Assembly: GCF_001194135.2 (NCBI RefSeq)
Contig: NC_068986.1
Span: 101,708,457 to 101,749,963 of the forward strand
Reading direction: 5' to 3'
DNA length: 41,507 bases
Source of the DNA: Octopus bimaculoides
Lineage: Eukaryota
Shown here: one piece after another, positions 12,231-23,522 of the stretch
Layout: each line of letters starts with the position of its first letter
Numbering within the stretch: the stretch's first letter is position 1
Position numbers and translations under genes: made by a program
Notes under the pieces: model-generated
The model's input: the letters and a program-made list of their open reading frames with translations, nothing else
Told to the model about the DNA's origin: nothing
Database searches by the model: none

Positions 12231-12520
12231 TGTAAGTTCAATATCTTGCGTTTTAACTGCCCTCTTACTTATTTAGAAACATTTAAGAGACCTTATGTTG
12301 TCTTCTTCGTTGGGCAGTGCCCTACACAACTTAAACTCTTCTAAATATAATTCATCGTTTATTTATTCGTTTAGACAAGTTGAGTTATTTCACAATTGGA
12401 CTTTTGACATCGCTTACTGAGAATAGCTCGCCTGTGTTAAATAAAATGATATCTAGTTCCCAGTAGTTTTGCTTGTTGAATTTTATCAAATTGAATTACG
12501 ATTAATGTAAAGACACAAGT

Positions 12521-12690
<170 letters not shown>

Positions 12691-12829
12691 CATACAAACA
12701 AACAGAGCTTTGAAGAAGACAATGAATTTCTAGTTTAGAAATTTAGCAAAAGAACAACGAGTGACTAAAAGATATTGCATTCTACATTATATATATGGAC
12801 ACAATAATTTTTTCTATCTATCTATCTAA

Positions 12830-12866
<37 letters not shown>

Positions 12867-13098
12867 CTACCTACATGCCAAATAATGACATGTTCGCACA
12901 CTGCGTTAACTTGAGTCCCGCATTTTATCCAAGAACCTGAAGCACCGAACACTCAGACAAGTACTTGAATACATCCTCATTAATGACACACACCCAGGAC
13001 TAAATAGGAAATATACATACGTTACATACCCCAATACCCACAGTTTATATAGCCACACACACCCAAACACAGACACACAAAAATGCACACACAAGGCA

Positions 13099-13158
13099 AC
13101 AGAAGTACACACACGAGGAGACAGAGGTGCACACATGAGGAGACAGAAGTACACACAC
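13099..13158. repeat. 22-bp minisatellite x2.7 (ACAGARGTRCACACAYGAGGAG)
   Basis: Units at 13099, 13121 and 13143. Confidence 0.8.
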
Positions 13159-13164
13159 AAATAC

Positions 13165-13198
<34 letters not shown>

Positions 13199-13740
13199 NN
13201 NNNNNNNNNNNNNNNNNNNNNNNNNNNNNNNNNNNNNNNNNNNNNNNNNNNNNNNNNNNNNNNNNNNNNNNNNNNNNNNNNNNNNNNNNNNNNNNNNNNN
13301 NNNNNNNNNNNNNNNNNNNNNNNNNNNNNNNNNNNNNNNNNNNNNNNNNNNNNNNNNNNNNNNNNNNNNNNNNNNNNNNNNNNNNNNNNNNNNNNNNNNN
13401 NNNNNNNNNNNNNNNNNNNNNNNNNNNNNNNNNNNNNNNNNNNNNNNNNNNNNNNNNNNNNNNNNNNNNNNNNNNNNNNNNNNNNNNNNNNNNNNNNNNN
13501 NNNNNNNNNNNNNNNNNNNNNNNNNNNNNNNNNNNNNNNNNNNNNNNNNNNNNNNNNNNNNNNNNNNNNNNNNNNNNNNNNNNNNNNNNNNNNNNNNNNN
13601 NNNNNNNNNNNNNNNNNNAACTCTTCCACTATTGTAAACCTCCTTTATTACCTTTATCATCTTTATTTTTTCCTTTACTAAAATTTCTAACTTCCGGTCA
13701 GCCATTACTATGATTGACCGTTGACTGAACACTATTCAAT

Positions 13741-13900
13741 ATTTTTTCTCCTTGTTTTTCTCTTTGTCTCCGTTTTCTTTCTGTTGAAGAGCGTAGCTCG
13801 AAACGTTAAAGACTTTCCGTATTCCCGAGCGTCATACTAATACATCCTTTTGTTGTTTACACCACCTATCCTCGTCTGTTGTTGTACATTCCCCCTCCTA
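13741..13900 (+). mobile_element. short hammerhead-bearing repeat module, copy 1
   Basis: Homologous to the reverse complement of 17118-17285 (shared CTTCTGTTGAAGA..GTAG(G)CTCGAAACGT and ATTCCCGAGCGTCA); 3' end abuts (TA)(TG)n. Confidence 0.75.
13776..13812 (+). ncRNA. minimal type I hammerhead ribozyme-like motif (A6U variant)
   Basis: TCTTT-CTGTTGA-A-GAGC(GTA)GCTC-GAA-ACGT-T-AAAGA: 5-bp stem I, 4-bp stem II, palindromic stem III, GUU triplet. Confidence 0.6.
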
Positions 13901-14540
13901 TATATGTGTGTGTGTGTGGATGTATGTGTGTGTGTGTATGTATCTGTGTGTTTGTATGTGTTTATGACTTGTGAACTTTGCTTCTTTGTGTATGCATACA
14001 TATACACGTGAGAGTGCACGTGTGTGCGTGCATGAACGTGTGCACGCGTATGAACGTGTGTGCGTGTATGTACGGGCGCACACGCGGATGCCTGTATGTA
14101 GGTAATACCGTTCTTTTTGCTAAAACTTTAAAAATTTTGTTCGGTTTTTGTAATTGTGAATTTTTTTCGCCATGAACGGTTTGTGTTTTTAAACGGAGTG
14201 TATTTTTCTGATGTCATATTTATTCCTGAATGATGTGTAAAGAAATTTTGATTTAAGCCTCTTAATGAAATTTTTATACTGAAATATATATTGAAGAAGA
14301 TAAATATGTTCCTTTGAATTTATACGTGTTTGCGTCGTAACTCCTTTATTATTATTTATATATATATAGAGAGAGAGATAGAGGGAGGTTATGAGAGGTA
14401 ATGGTGTCAATAAGACCCAAAGGTTAATGCTGTGAAGATTTTAGAACATTTATAAATAGAAGCTTTTACAGGAATTTCCGGGATATTTTCTATATCCCTT
14501 CATCGGAGACGGTGTGGGAAAATGGTTTAGCAAATGCTAA

Positions 14541-14937
14541 TATAATTGTATAAAAATCATTTCAGTACCGGTTTCGGTCATTGAGACTTTTGCAAATGTA
14601 AGTATGGAAAACAATTAAATTTTGGAAAAATTAAATGAAAAGTATTTAAAAAGAATATTTGCATAGTATTCAAATACAAGGGGCATTTTCCTTGCTTTTG
14701 CCTATTTCTGTCTCGCTTGTTGACTCTTGTGGGCTGACCTCGAACAAACAAAAGTAAACAAGAGAGACAGAGACAGGCAGAAACACGGAAAATGTCCATT
14801 GTATTTGAATACTATGCAAATATTCTTTCAAAATACTTTTCACTTAATTTTTCCAAAATTTAATTGTTTTCCACACTTACAGTTGAAACAGTCTCAATGA
14901 CCTAGACCGGTACTAGAATGTTTTTTATAAAATTATA
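14541..14937. mobile_element. foldback / MITE-like long inverted repeat
   Basis: 151-bp arms 14541-14691 and 14787-14937 with 15 mismatches by manual count (~90%). Inner arms 14700-14724 and 14754-14778 match at 21/25. Confidence 0.85.
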
Positions 14938-15524
14938 AATTATTTTTGCAATTCNNNNNNNNNNNNNNNNNNNNNNNNNNNNNNNNNNNNNNNNNNNNNN
15001 NNNNNNNNNNNNNNNNNNNNNNNNNNNNNNNNNNNNNNNNNNNNNNNNNNNNNNNNNNNNNNNNNNNNNNNNNNNNNNNNNNNNNNNNNNNNNNNNNNNN
15101 NNNNNNNNNNNNNNNNNNNNNNNNNNNNNNNNNNNNNNNNNNNNNNNNNNNNNNNNNNNNNNNNNNNNNNNNNNNNNNNNNNNNNNNNNNNNNNNNNNNN
15201 NNNNNNNNNNNNNNNNNNNNNNNNNNNNNNNNNNNNNNNNNNNNNNNNNNNNNNNNNNNNNNNNNNNNNNNNNNNNNNNNNNNNNNNNNNNNNNNNNNNN
15301 NNNNNNNNNNNNNNNNNNNNNNNNNNNNNNNNNNNNNNNNNNNNNNNNNNNNNNNNNNNNNNNNNNNNNNNNNNNNATATATATATATATACCTATTTAT
15401 ATAGTAGCAGAGATACCCGGCGCTGCTTGGGATTTAAAGGCATATTTTGCATCTATATTACAGTGAATTTAAAGGAAGTGTGGTTTTTCATTTGTGGGTA
15501 ACAGGATGCAGTGAGGTGATAGTC

Positions 15525-15770
15525 TTACCTTTGAACTTTGAACCTCGACGTAAATCCATGTTCACCTATCTCGTTTGATGCACGAAACGATGTCATTTGA
15601 AATGCAAAGTTGTATAGTCTGATATTTTTCAGAAAATCATTTAACTGGAAGGAAGTGCCTTTCAGAAGATCAAAATGAGGTTGAGAAGGAGCTTGTAGTG
15701 CTGGCAATCTTACCTTACCGCCTGGGCAGCACATTTGGAAATTTTAAAGCTTTGCAATAACAATTTGAGC
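15525..15770 (-). pseudogene. Helitron Rep/helicase N-terminal fragment
   Basis: CYCKALKF..MCCPGGKVRLPALQAP..LLKG..FLKNIRLYNFAFQMTSF..GF..RFKVQ matches the conserved Helitron CCxxGKVxLP / NIRxYNxxFQMTSF / FK[IV]QG motifs. Confidence 0.9.
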
Positions 15771-15837
15771 CTAGTACACCAGTTTGAACAAAAATGATAA
15801 TGTTTTTTACAATTGGATGGATCACTTGGGAAATTTT

Positions 15838-16187
15838 CATCTTCCTTCTCTCTTGAGACTCCGTTTGATGTTCTGCAGCATGCGTTTTTTATCATGGGAA
15901 AGTCTCACGTCCTTTCTGGCTTGAGACTCCATTTGAAGTGCTGCAACATCGCTTTGCTGATTTTGGGAAAGTCTCAACTCTCTTCTGTATTGAAACTCCA
16001 TCTGACGTGCTGCAGCAAGCTTTTGCTGATCTCGAGAAAGTCTCATCTCGTTTCTCTCTTGAGACACCATTTGATGTGCTGCAACATGTGTTTGCTGATT
16101 TGGGGAAAATCTCATCTCTCTTCTCTCTTGAGACTGCATCTGACGTGCTGCAGCATGCATTTGCAGATTTCGGGAAAGTCTCATCTC
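15838..16187 (-). repeat. 69-bp (23-aa) coding tandem repeat x5 in the Helitron ORF N-terminus
   Basis: MRLSRNLQMHAAARQMQSQERRE / MRFSPNQQTHVAAHQMVSQERNE / MRLSRDQQKLAAARQMEFQYRRE / LRLSQNQQSDVAALQMESQARKD / VRLSHDKK... Confidence 0.9.
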
Positions 16188-16964
16188 CCTTGTGTTTTCA
16201 GACTATATTTGATTAAAGTATAGTATAAATATAATAGAAATAAGACGAATTTAGTGTTATCACATTAGAATTAAATGAGAATGAAAGTGAAACAGTATAG
16301 GCTTATCGCATTAGGATTAAATGAGAAAGAATAAAAACTAAAACAATATATTATCACATTGCAATATAAGCCTTATTGTCTCACTTATGACATCTGATAC
16401 CGAACCAATGCCAATATTATATTGTTTTTATCCAAATGAAAAGAAATTACACATTGATACACGCAGCGTTCGATAAAACTTGTTAAACTTGATTTGAATT
16501 GGCCAAGGTGTTTGAGAATTCATAGGAAAGATATAGGCAGGGAGATAAAGAATTTAATACATATAGAATATATATATATATATATATATANNNNNNNNNN
16601 NNNNNNNNNNNNNNNNNNNNNNNNNNNNNNNNNNNNNNNNNNNNNNNNNNNNNNNNNNNNNNNNNNNNNNNNNNNNNNNNNNNNNNNNNNNNNNNNNNNN
16701 NNNNNNNNNNNNNNNNNNNNNNNNNNNNNNNNNNNNNNNNNNNNNNNNNNNNNNNNNNNNNNNNNNNNNNNNNNNNNNNATATATATATGTATATATATG
16801 AAAATAAGTATGTTTGATCGTAGGTATGCATATAGATATATGTGTGTATACATACATATGCATCCTGTATGGGTGCCTGTGGTAGAAAATATTCTCATTT
16901 CTGAGATAGATAGATAAATACATAGATAGATAGATATATAGATGTATATATATATTATGCTTGT

Positions 16965-17505
16965 ATGGTGCTTCTGGGTTCAGTCCCACTGTGTGGCATC
17001 ATGGGCAATGTCTTCTACTATAGCCTCTGGCCGACAGATGCCTTATGGATAGATTTGGTAGACGGAAACTGAAAGAAACCCGTCGCATATATATATGTGT
17101 GTGTGCGCGCGCGTGTGTAGTTGAAATTTGCAGAAAGACAAAAGACAAAGACAAGTGTATAAACGACAAGCAGGTGAATTACTTTGACGCTCGGGAATGT
17201 GAGAATGTTTTTTTACGTTTCGAGCCTACTATCTTCAACAGAAGGACACACGATGAGATAAACAGAGAGAGAATAATATAACAAATAATTTAGGAGTTGT
17301 ATGTCTATGTTTGTCCCCACCACCATCGCTTGACAACCGATGTTAGTGTGTTTGCGTCCCCGTAACATAGCGATTCTGCAGAAGTGATCGATAGAATAAG
17401 TACAAGGGTTGCAAAGAATAAGTTTTGGCGTCGGTTTGTTCGATTAAAGGCACTGCTTCAGCATGGCCGCAGTCAAACTGACTAAAGCAAGTAAAGGAAT
17501 AAAAG
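16965..17505 (+). mobile_element. SINE family A copy (5'-clipped) interrupted by the hammerhead module
   Basis: GGTTCAGTCCC...GATTTGGTAGACGGAAACTGAAAGAAACCCGTCG, insertion at 17118-17285, then second body CGCTTGACAACCGA...CAAGTAAAGG. Confidence 0.85.
17118..17285 (-). mobile_element. short hammerhead-bearing repeat module, copy 2 (decayed HHR at 17209-17246)
   Basis: Reverse complement reads TCCTT-CTGTTGA-A-GATA(GTAG)GCTC-GAA-ACGT-A-AAAAA...ATTCCCGAGCGTCA; stems I and II are partly broken. Confidence 0.75.
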
Positions 17506-17760
17506 GATATAAATCTACAAGCATAAGATTGAAAAATGAATGGAAATGAAGACGATACTAAACATTGTGGATAGTGTATGGAAGAAGAAAGTAACAGAAA
17601 TAATTGAAAGAAACAAACAAGATAGAGAAAGAAGTAAAAAAACAACTCGACGCCGTCGTAGCGAGTATATCTAGTAACAGATTTAGGGAGGGAGGAAGTG
17701 AGTAATACACACACATACACACACACACATATATATATCATAGAAATAAATATATATCTA

Positions 17761-17801
<41 letters not shown>

Positions 17802-17894
17802 ATAGGAAGGACAACAAAAGAAAGAAAGTAACCTCAATATTATGTAAATAGAGGAATTTATCTGTAAAAATATGTGACACTTATTCGGTGGCGA

Positions 17895-17957
17895 TGATAA
17901 AACTCCGAGTTTCGGATGCCGGGGCGGGAACCCACGTCAATATCTCTTCAGTTACCA
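17895..17957 (-). ncRNA. type I hammerhead ribozyme motif (second family)
   Basis: TGGTAA-CTGAAGA-[31-nt stem II region, GAT...ATCC]-GAA-ACTC(G)GAGT-T-TTATCA: intact CUGAnGA/GAAA core, 6-bp stem I with one G-U pair, near-palindromic stem III. Confidence 0.7.
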
Positions 17958-18399
17958 GGCCATTGAAAATATATGAATATAGATATACACACGCCACATG
18001 CATATCTATATATTCCAATAGAGACAGGCATGTAAGAAAACACAAAAACAGCCGCCGCTGCACGTTATCGCTGATAAACTGTGTATATACGTATATAATA
18101 TTAATGTATACAAAATGCGTTTAAATATTCAGGATTCGTGTAACCAGTGGTTGTAAACGTACCAGAAGAAATTACGAAATACATTTAATATATTGAGTAC
18201 AAAACCGGAGAAAACTGAATAATAAAATAAAATAATATGATAATTATTGTAAGTGAATATATGAGCAAAAAGCGTTCGGACGCAAAGTAATTGGTGATTT
18301 GGTCTTGACAGATCTTCAGTGTGTACTATAAAGATTTATTTTATCCCTGGGTCTGTGTGTAAAGTTGAAATTAATTATATAGAATAAAATAAAATAAAG

Positions 18400-19310
18400 T
18401 TGGAAATTAAACAGTAATGAAGTTCAGGACAGGCAAAGGTAAAGAAAAAAAAACGATAGGAGCAGGCTCTAAAAGGAAAAGCTTTGAAAATCCAAAAGCA
18501 TGACCTGTCATCCATATCGACTTTGTTGTTACGAACACTCTGGATTAGGTTGTCGATAGGTGTGCCGCGCTTTCTATGAGTTTTTGATGCGACGAGGATT
18601 TCGTACGAGGGGAAGTTATGATTGATTAAGTGCATCCTCTTTACCTAAGTGGATTAATTCAAATTTATTCCCCTTTAGAGGTATATTGTGTTTTTTTCTG
18701 CCCGTCGGATAACAGCGACCAGATCCAATTAGAGCTTAGTACGGGTGTTTGAATTGTGGACTGCTTCTAAAAGTCTTAAATCATTTGAAAAAAAAATTGA
18801 ATGCTGTTTTGTTTGATGATGTCACTTATGTCACTGATGTAAATAATAGAGTGGAATGAGCCCAAGGGCAAGTCATTGGTGATTTTATAGAACATTATGT
18901 ATCACAACATGCGAGCTTCTGTACACCAGAATACAATAAATCCACTTAGATAGCCTTCGTCAGACTCGAATGTTTCAGAGTTTCTTTAACAGAATCCTGT
19001 GATTAACATCGTTGAAATATTTGTTGAAGTCAAGATAGAGGATATCTGCATTGGAGTTCTCTCCCCAAGCCTTTACAATGTTATCATCTTGATGTGGACG
19101 CTTTTCCAGTCCTGCCATTGCGGATACCTTGCTACTTGGAAATAAGTAGGCTTTGATTTCCAGGAAGTGAGTTATTCGAGATTTCACTAATCTCACCAAT
19201 AATTTGAAGATTTGTAAGATAAGTGAGATGGCTCGGTAATTCCCTGCCACCGATCTTTTGCAGATCAGCAGCACTTCCATGTCACCAATTTTGTTTTCAT
19301 TCAACAATGG
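18400..19310 (-). mobile_element. CR1/L2-type LINE reverse transcriptase remnant
   Basis: NYRAISLILQIFKLLVRLVKSRITHFLE...DILYLDFNKYFNDVNHRILLKKL...IIYISDI...SNDLRL...L*LDLVAVIRRAEKN...FELIHLG...WIFKAF...PELHYC, with stops and frameshifts. Confidence 0.9.
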
Positions 19311-19939
19311 TTTGATCTAGTTTTATGTGAATGCTTATATAAGCCTTCTTCCAGCAATGGCATATAACGGAAATGAAGCCCATAAAGTACGTTGGAAATG
19401 AGAAGATAAGTTTTATGCAACAAGACTTGAGGCTTGCAGTTGCTAAATCCTCTCCCATTCAAGTTGCATTAATATATATAGTGCTATATATGAAGGTTCG
19501 AGTGCATATCAGTCGAAATGTTGTGTTAACAACAAAAAAGATGCGGACAAATATTCGTCAAATGTAAATAATGTACATAATTCCTCATCTCTTAAATATA
19601 GAACAATAATGGTACATATCTCGGACCGGAGCTCATCAGCAGTGAGATTATACTTATCTTGTTTTCTTTCGAGTGCTGATTTTCAGTTTTGCAAATTGTT
19701 AGGATATCAGTGTTTTGCATATCAAGCCTGAGAACAGGTTTCCAAGTTTTAGTTTAAAGGCTTTTCTTTTTTTTTCTTTTTCCTGAATTTGAAATATAAA
19801 TTTTGATTGTATTAATATTTGATCTAATCAAATGAGTTGGGTATGTAACTCATGAGTGGATTCCAAACACTCCAACGAGAAATTTTTACCAGACCATACG
19901 AATTTGTACGACAATCCATCATGGAAGTAACTGTAAAGA

Positions 19940-20340
19940 AAGAGATGGATTACATGATAAATTTTATATGAAATATTTGAGCTGAAACTAAAAGCACCCT
20001 TTGTCTGAGATAAGTCCTGTCAGTGTTGGCACATATGTCATTCTTTCAAGACTGATACGCAACGACATGGTTATTTGGTTGAAACCCCGAGATACCTCAA
20101 CATGTAGATTCCATGTCTTCTGGATAGCAAAATAAACTCCATGCTAGATGGATGACCTTGTTATTGCAACAACTAATTAACAGTAGCCATTTTCTTGCAG
20201 ATTGCATACATTACCTAAACATATTCATTCAAGTCTGCAATATCGATCTTTCATTGCATTATATTTTTGAATGTTATAATTCTGTGTTGTTGAAACCAGA
20301 TTGCACAATCTTGCAGAACATGAAATTCCCAATGAAATGT
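19940..20340 (-). mobile_element. RTE-clade LINE AP-endonuclease remnant
   Basis: KIDIADLNE...LQENGY...HGVYFAIQK...GFNQITMSLRISL...TYVPTL...DKGCF*FQL parallels RTE endonuclease motifs IAALSE / GVGFAI / INERLMTLRL / AYAPTL / KExFY. The element may extend to ~21000 as 5' UTR (unverified). Confidence 0.75.
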
Positions 20341-22046
20341 TTATTTAAACATGCTGGCTTGTGCCAGATGTACTTTTATTCTCGCGTTTCTTTTTCTTTA
20401 TTTTGTTGTTGACCACAAACGAGGATGTCCAATTGACCACTGTTATACAACAGAAACTGCAATACGAACAACTGACTAGCAGAGCCATTTCTATCTTCTT
20501 TCACCAACTGAAGGAAACAGGCAGTCCCTGAAAATGGCTGCTTCGACAAATTGGACTAAAGTTATTTTGTCCCTCAGAATATATCTCACTCTTGCCGCCA
20601 TCGTTTTAGTTCGTGGTTGACAGTTTCCAGTAAGTTGATCTGCATGTAATTGTTGTCATCTACCTTCTATTAAAATCCCTTTCGAGGAGTAGAATGGTGT
20701 TTTGAATATGTAGGATAATTAGGGAGCAACGAATACAACGAATTTCATTTGTGATGCAGTATGACGGTTCTTCTTTCCTGAACTCTTATTAATCGGTTTT
20801 CTTCGAAATGTAGCAACCTACAGAAGTAAGGTTACTTACGTAAGCCAAGAGATACCGGAGGACAGTTTCATTTAAATATGCTCTTTCTACAATGAGGCTA
20901 ATGGAACCCTTCAACACAATGCAGCAGTGGTTGGATGTGGGATCGCCCCTCTATGACATCTGGGCTTTAGTCCCAATGATAGTCCACTATACATCCACAT
21001 ATTCATGTGCCGGGTGGGGAAAGAAGCGTTAGGCGCTCATCACTCGAATAAACGACAGGTAGTATTGAATAACACGTTAAATGTTCCAGATAATAACAGA
21101 TATGAATTATAGTGGGCATGTGTGCACGCACAACTCTACGCACATAATGGAATAAGCACACATATACATAAATTGTCATGTATACCATCCATAATATTAT
21201 AGAAAGAGTACATTTGGAACATAATATATACAGCATAATTTTCTCATTTTCCAAAGATATTCATTCCAATTTTCATTTTCTTATTTAGCGTTCTTCTCTG
21301 CGTGTGCAACGTCCATTCTCTTATACAACATCTCTCTATGAGAGCTCTTCATTTCTATTAGCACTCTACCTAAATTTACGTCGTATTTCAACTATAAGCA
21401 ACTCGTTCTACCATTCCATTTAAGATAATTGCAATCTCAGATGGGGGCATTGAACTTACATATTCTCCCTATTTTCCTTCAATTTATGAATTTCTGGTTG
21501 TTTTTATATAAGCCTATATTTCTCCTTTCGTTTATAAACTTCATCGACACTGGCACATGTATATATATAAAATATGATTACATTTCCATACATATTTTGA
21601 TGTATTATTGTGCGTTTACAGTTAGCATTACTGAATTTTATATATTTTTGTGTAAACAAGTTGGATATATTTCAATTTGTGTTCAATATATACCCATCTA
21701 TTACGATTTCTATTCCTGAAAGTACACAAATGTATGTAGTGTAGTTCTTGTGGTTGCAAGTAAAAGTGAACATATTCATCTGTGCCCAGATTTGAGTGTG
21801 TATACGGTTAGAAAAAAATATACGACCGTATATGTACGGCTACACATTAGTACGTAAGAGCATACACGTATGAAATGAATATCTGTGAACTTGCACGTAT
21901 GTACCTGCAGATATATATGTATATATATAAGCATACGAATATATTTATNNNNNNNNNNNNNNNNNNNNNNNNNNNNNNNNNNNNNNNNNNNNNNNNNNNN
22001 NNNNNNNNNNNNNNNNNNNNNNNNNNNNNNNNNNNNNNNNNNNNNN

Positions 22047-22096
<50 letters not shown>

Positions 22097-22664
22097 CAAT
22101 ACACATGTGTGAATGGGACCAGTTCTGTGTATGATTGTGCATATGAGTTAGCTATCATTGTCTAAATGCAATTATATGCTTCTATACAAATATGTGACTC
22201 TATCATAGATATTGCATATTCAATAAATGTTTAAGTGATGTGTGTGTAAATGTATGTTACGTTATTTATTTGGAGTTGTATGTAAACACAAGCATATGCA
22301 AGCACGCGCAAACTTATAACCAGACATTCAGACAGAGTATACAAGACCACATACAAACTTATACGCTGAAACGTACAGGCACGCACAAACGCATACAGCC
22401 ACAAATATAATATAGCTGGAACTTCTACGTTTAATGCATGTACATGTAATCCATGTCACATGACAGCAGCTTATATTTGGTGTTAACTCCATGTAGTATG
22501 AGCATATGACATTAATGTTTTTTACATTTTATTGATTTCCATGACAATGTTCTAAGAACATTTCGTAGAATTTTTTTTTAATCTTCAACACAGTATTGAC
22601 ACGGAACAATATTATGTCCGTGAGTAGATCCTGAGGTATTGGCAGCAAAATGTATTTATCAAAG

Positions 22665-22739
<75 letters not shown>

Positions 22740-22815
22740 ACATACATACTTATATACATATACATACACATGCATATATACATACATATATACATATATA
22801 TATACATACATACAT

Positions 22816-22887
<72 letters not shown>
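22665..22887. repeat. compound (TATC)n-(TACA)-(TA)n microsatellite
   Basis: Direct reading. Confidence 0.95.
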
Positions 22888-22890
<3 letters not shown>

Positions 22891-23278
22891 TTATTTTATC
22901 ATGCAGTTACAGTCTGTGGTCATTCTGGGGCACTGCCAGGAAGAATTTTAGTCAAAAGAATCGATTCCACCACTTAGTTTTAAAACCTGCTATTTATTCT
23001 CTCGGTCTCTTTTGCCGAAATGCTAAATTACAGAGACATAAACACATCAATACCGGTTGTCAAGCGTGGGTGTGGGGAAACTCAGACACAAAACACACAA
23101 ACTTTGATATATATTTGTATATATATGACGGGATTCTTTTAGTTTCCGTCTGCCAAATCTACTCACAGGGAGTTGGTCGGCCTGTAGCTACATTAAAAGC
23201 CAACTGCTCAAGGTGTCGGCAAGTGGTATTGAACCCAGAACCATGTCGGTTAGAAGCAAGGTTCTTACTATATAGCAA
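22891..23278 (-). mobile_element. SINE family A copy (more diverged)
   Basis: TTTTGCCGAA...GGTTGTCAAGCG...GACGGGATTCTTTTAGTTTCCGTCTGCCAAATC...GAACCCAGAACCATGT. Confidence 0.85.
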
Positions 23279-23481
23279 AGTTCTTACTACATAAATCGAA
23301 GTTTTGATTTTATGTTCAGATATAATACATTTTACATTAACCTGAAGGGTTACTCAATACTTTTGTGATGTAGAAATTTATTATTCTCTTACAAAAATAA
23401 TGCTAATAGTAACTTCAAAATTTCGGCCTGCTAAGTTATCATCAGATTTCGATGACACTGTCAAAACTACTATTGTTATAG

Positions 23482-23522
<41 letters not shown>

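Larger units (their letters stand above)
15404..16567 (-). mobile_element. internally deleted Helitron
   Basis: RepHel N-terminal motifs at 15525-15770, 3' hairpin CCCAAGCAGCGCCGGG followed by CTAC|T (CTAG variant) ending at 15404, and a tentative TC start (TCTATATGTATTAAA) at 16567. Confidence 0.75.

Noticed and set aside
15838-16187. CRISPR-like array (also considered for 3430 and 32543)
   Set aside because: Contiguous tandem units with no unique spacers, eukaryotic context and no cas genes.
15813-16223. Plus-strand ORFs over the 69-bp repeat
   Set aside because: Antisense open frames expected from an in-frame tandem repeat; Helitron homology is on minus.
18270-18325. CTGAAGA...CCGAAC on minus as a hammerhead
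   Set aside because: No stem II or stem I pairing, and GAAA is incomplete.
23410-23455. CTGATGA...CCGAAA on minus as a hammerhead
   Set aside because: Stem II is unpaired and there is no stem III or NUH triplet in register.
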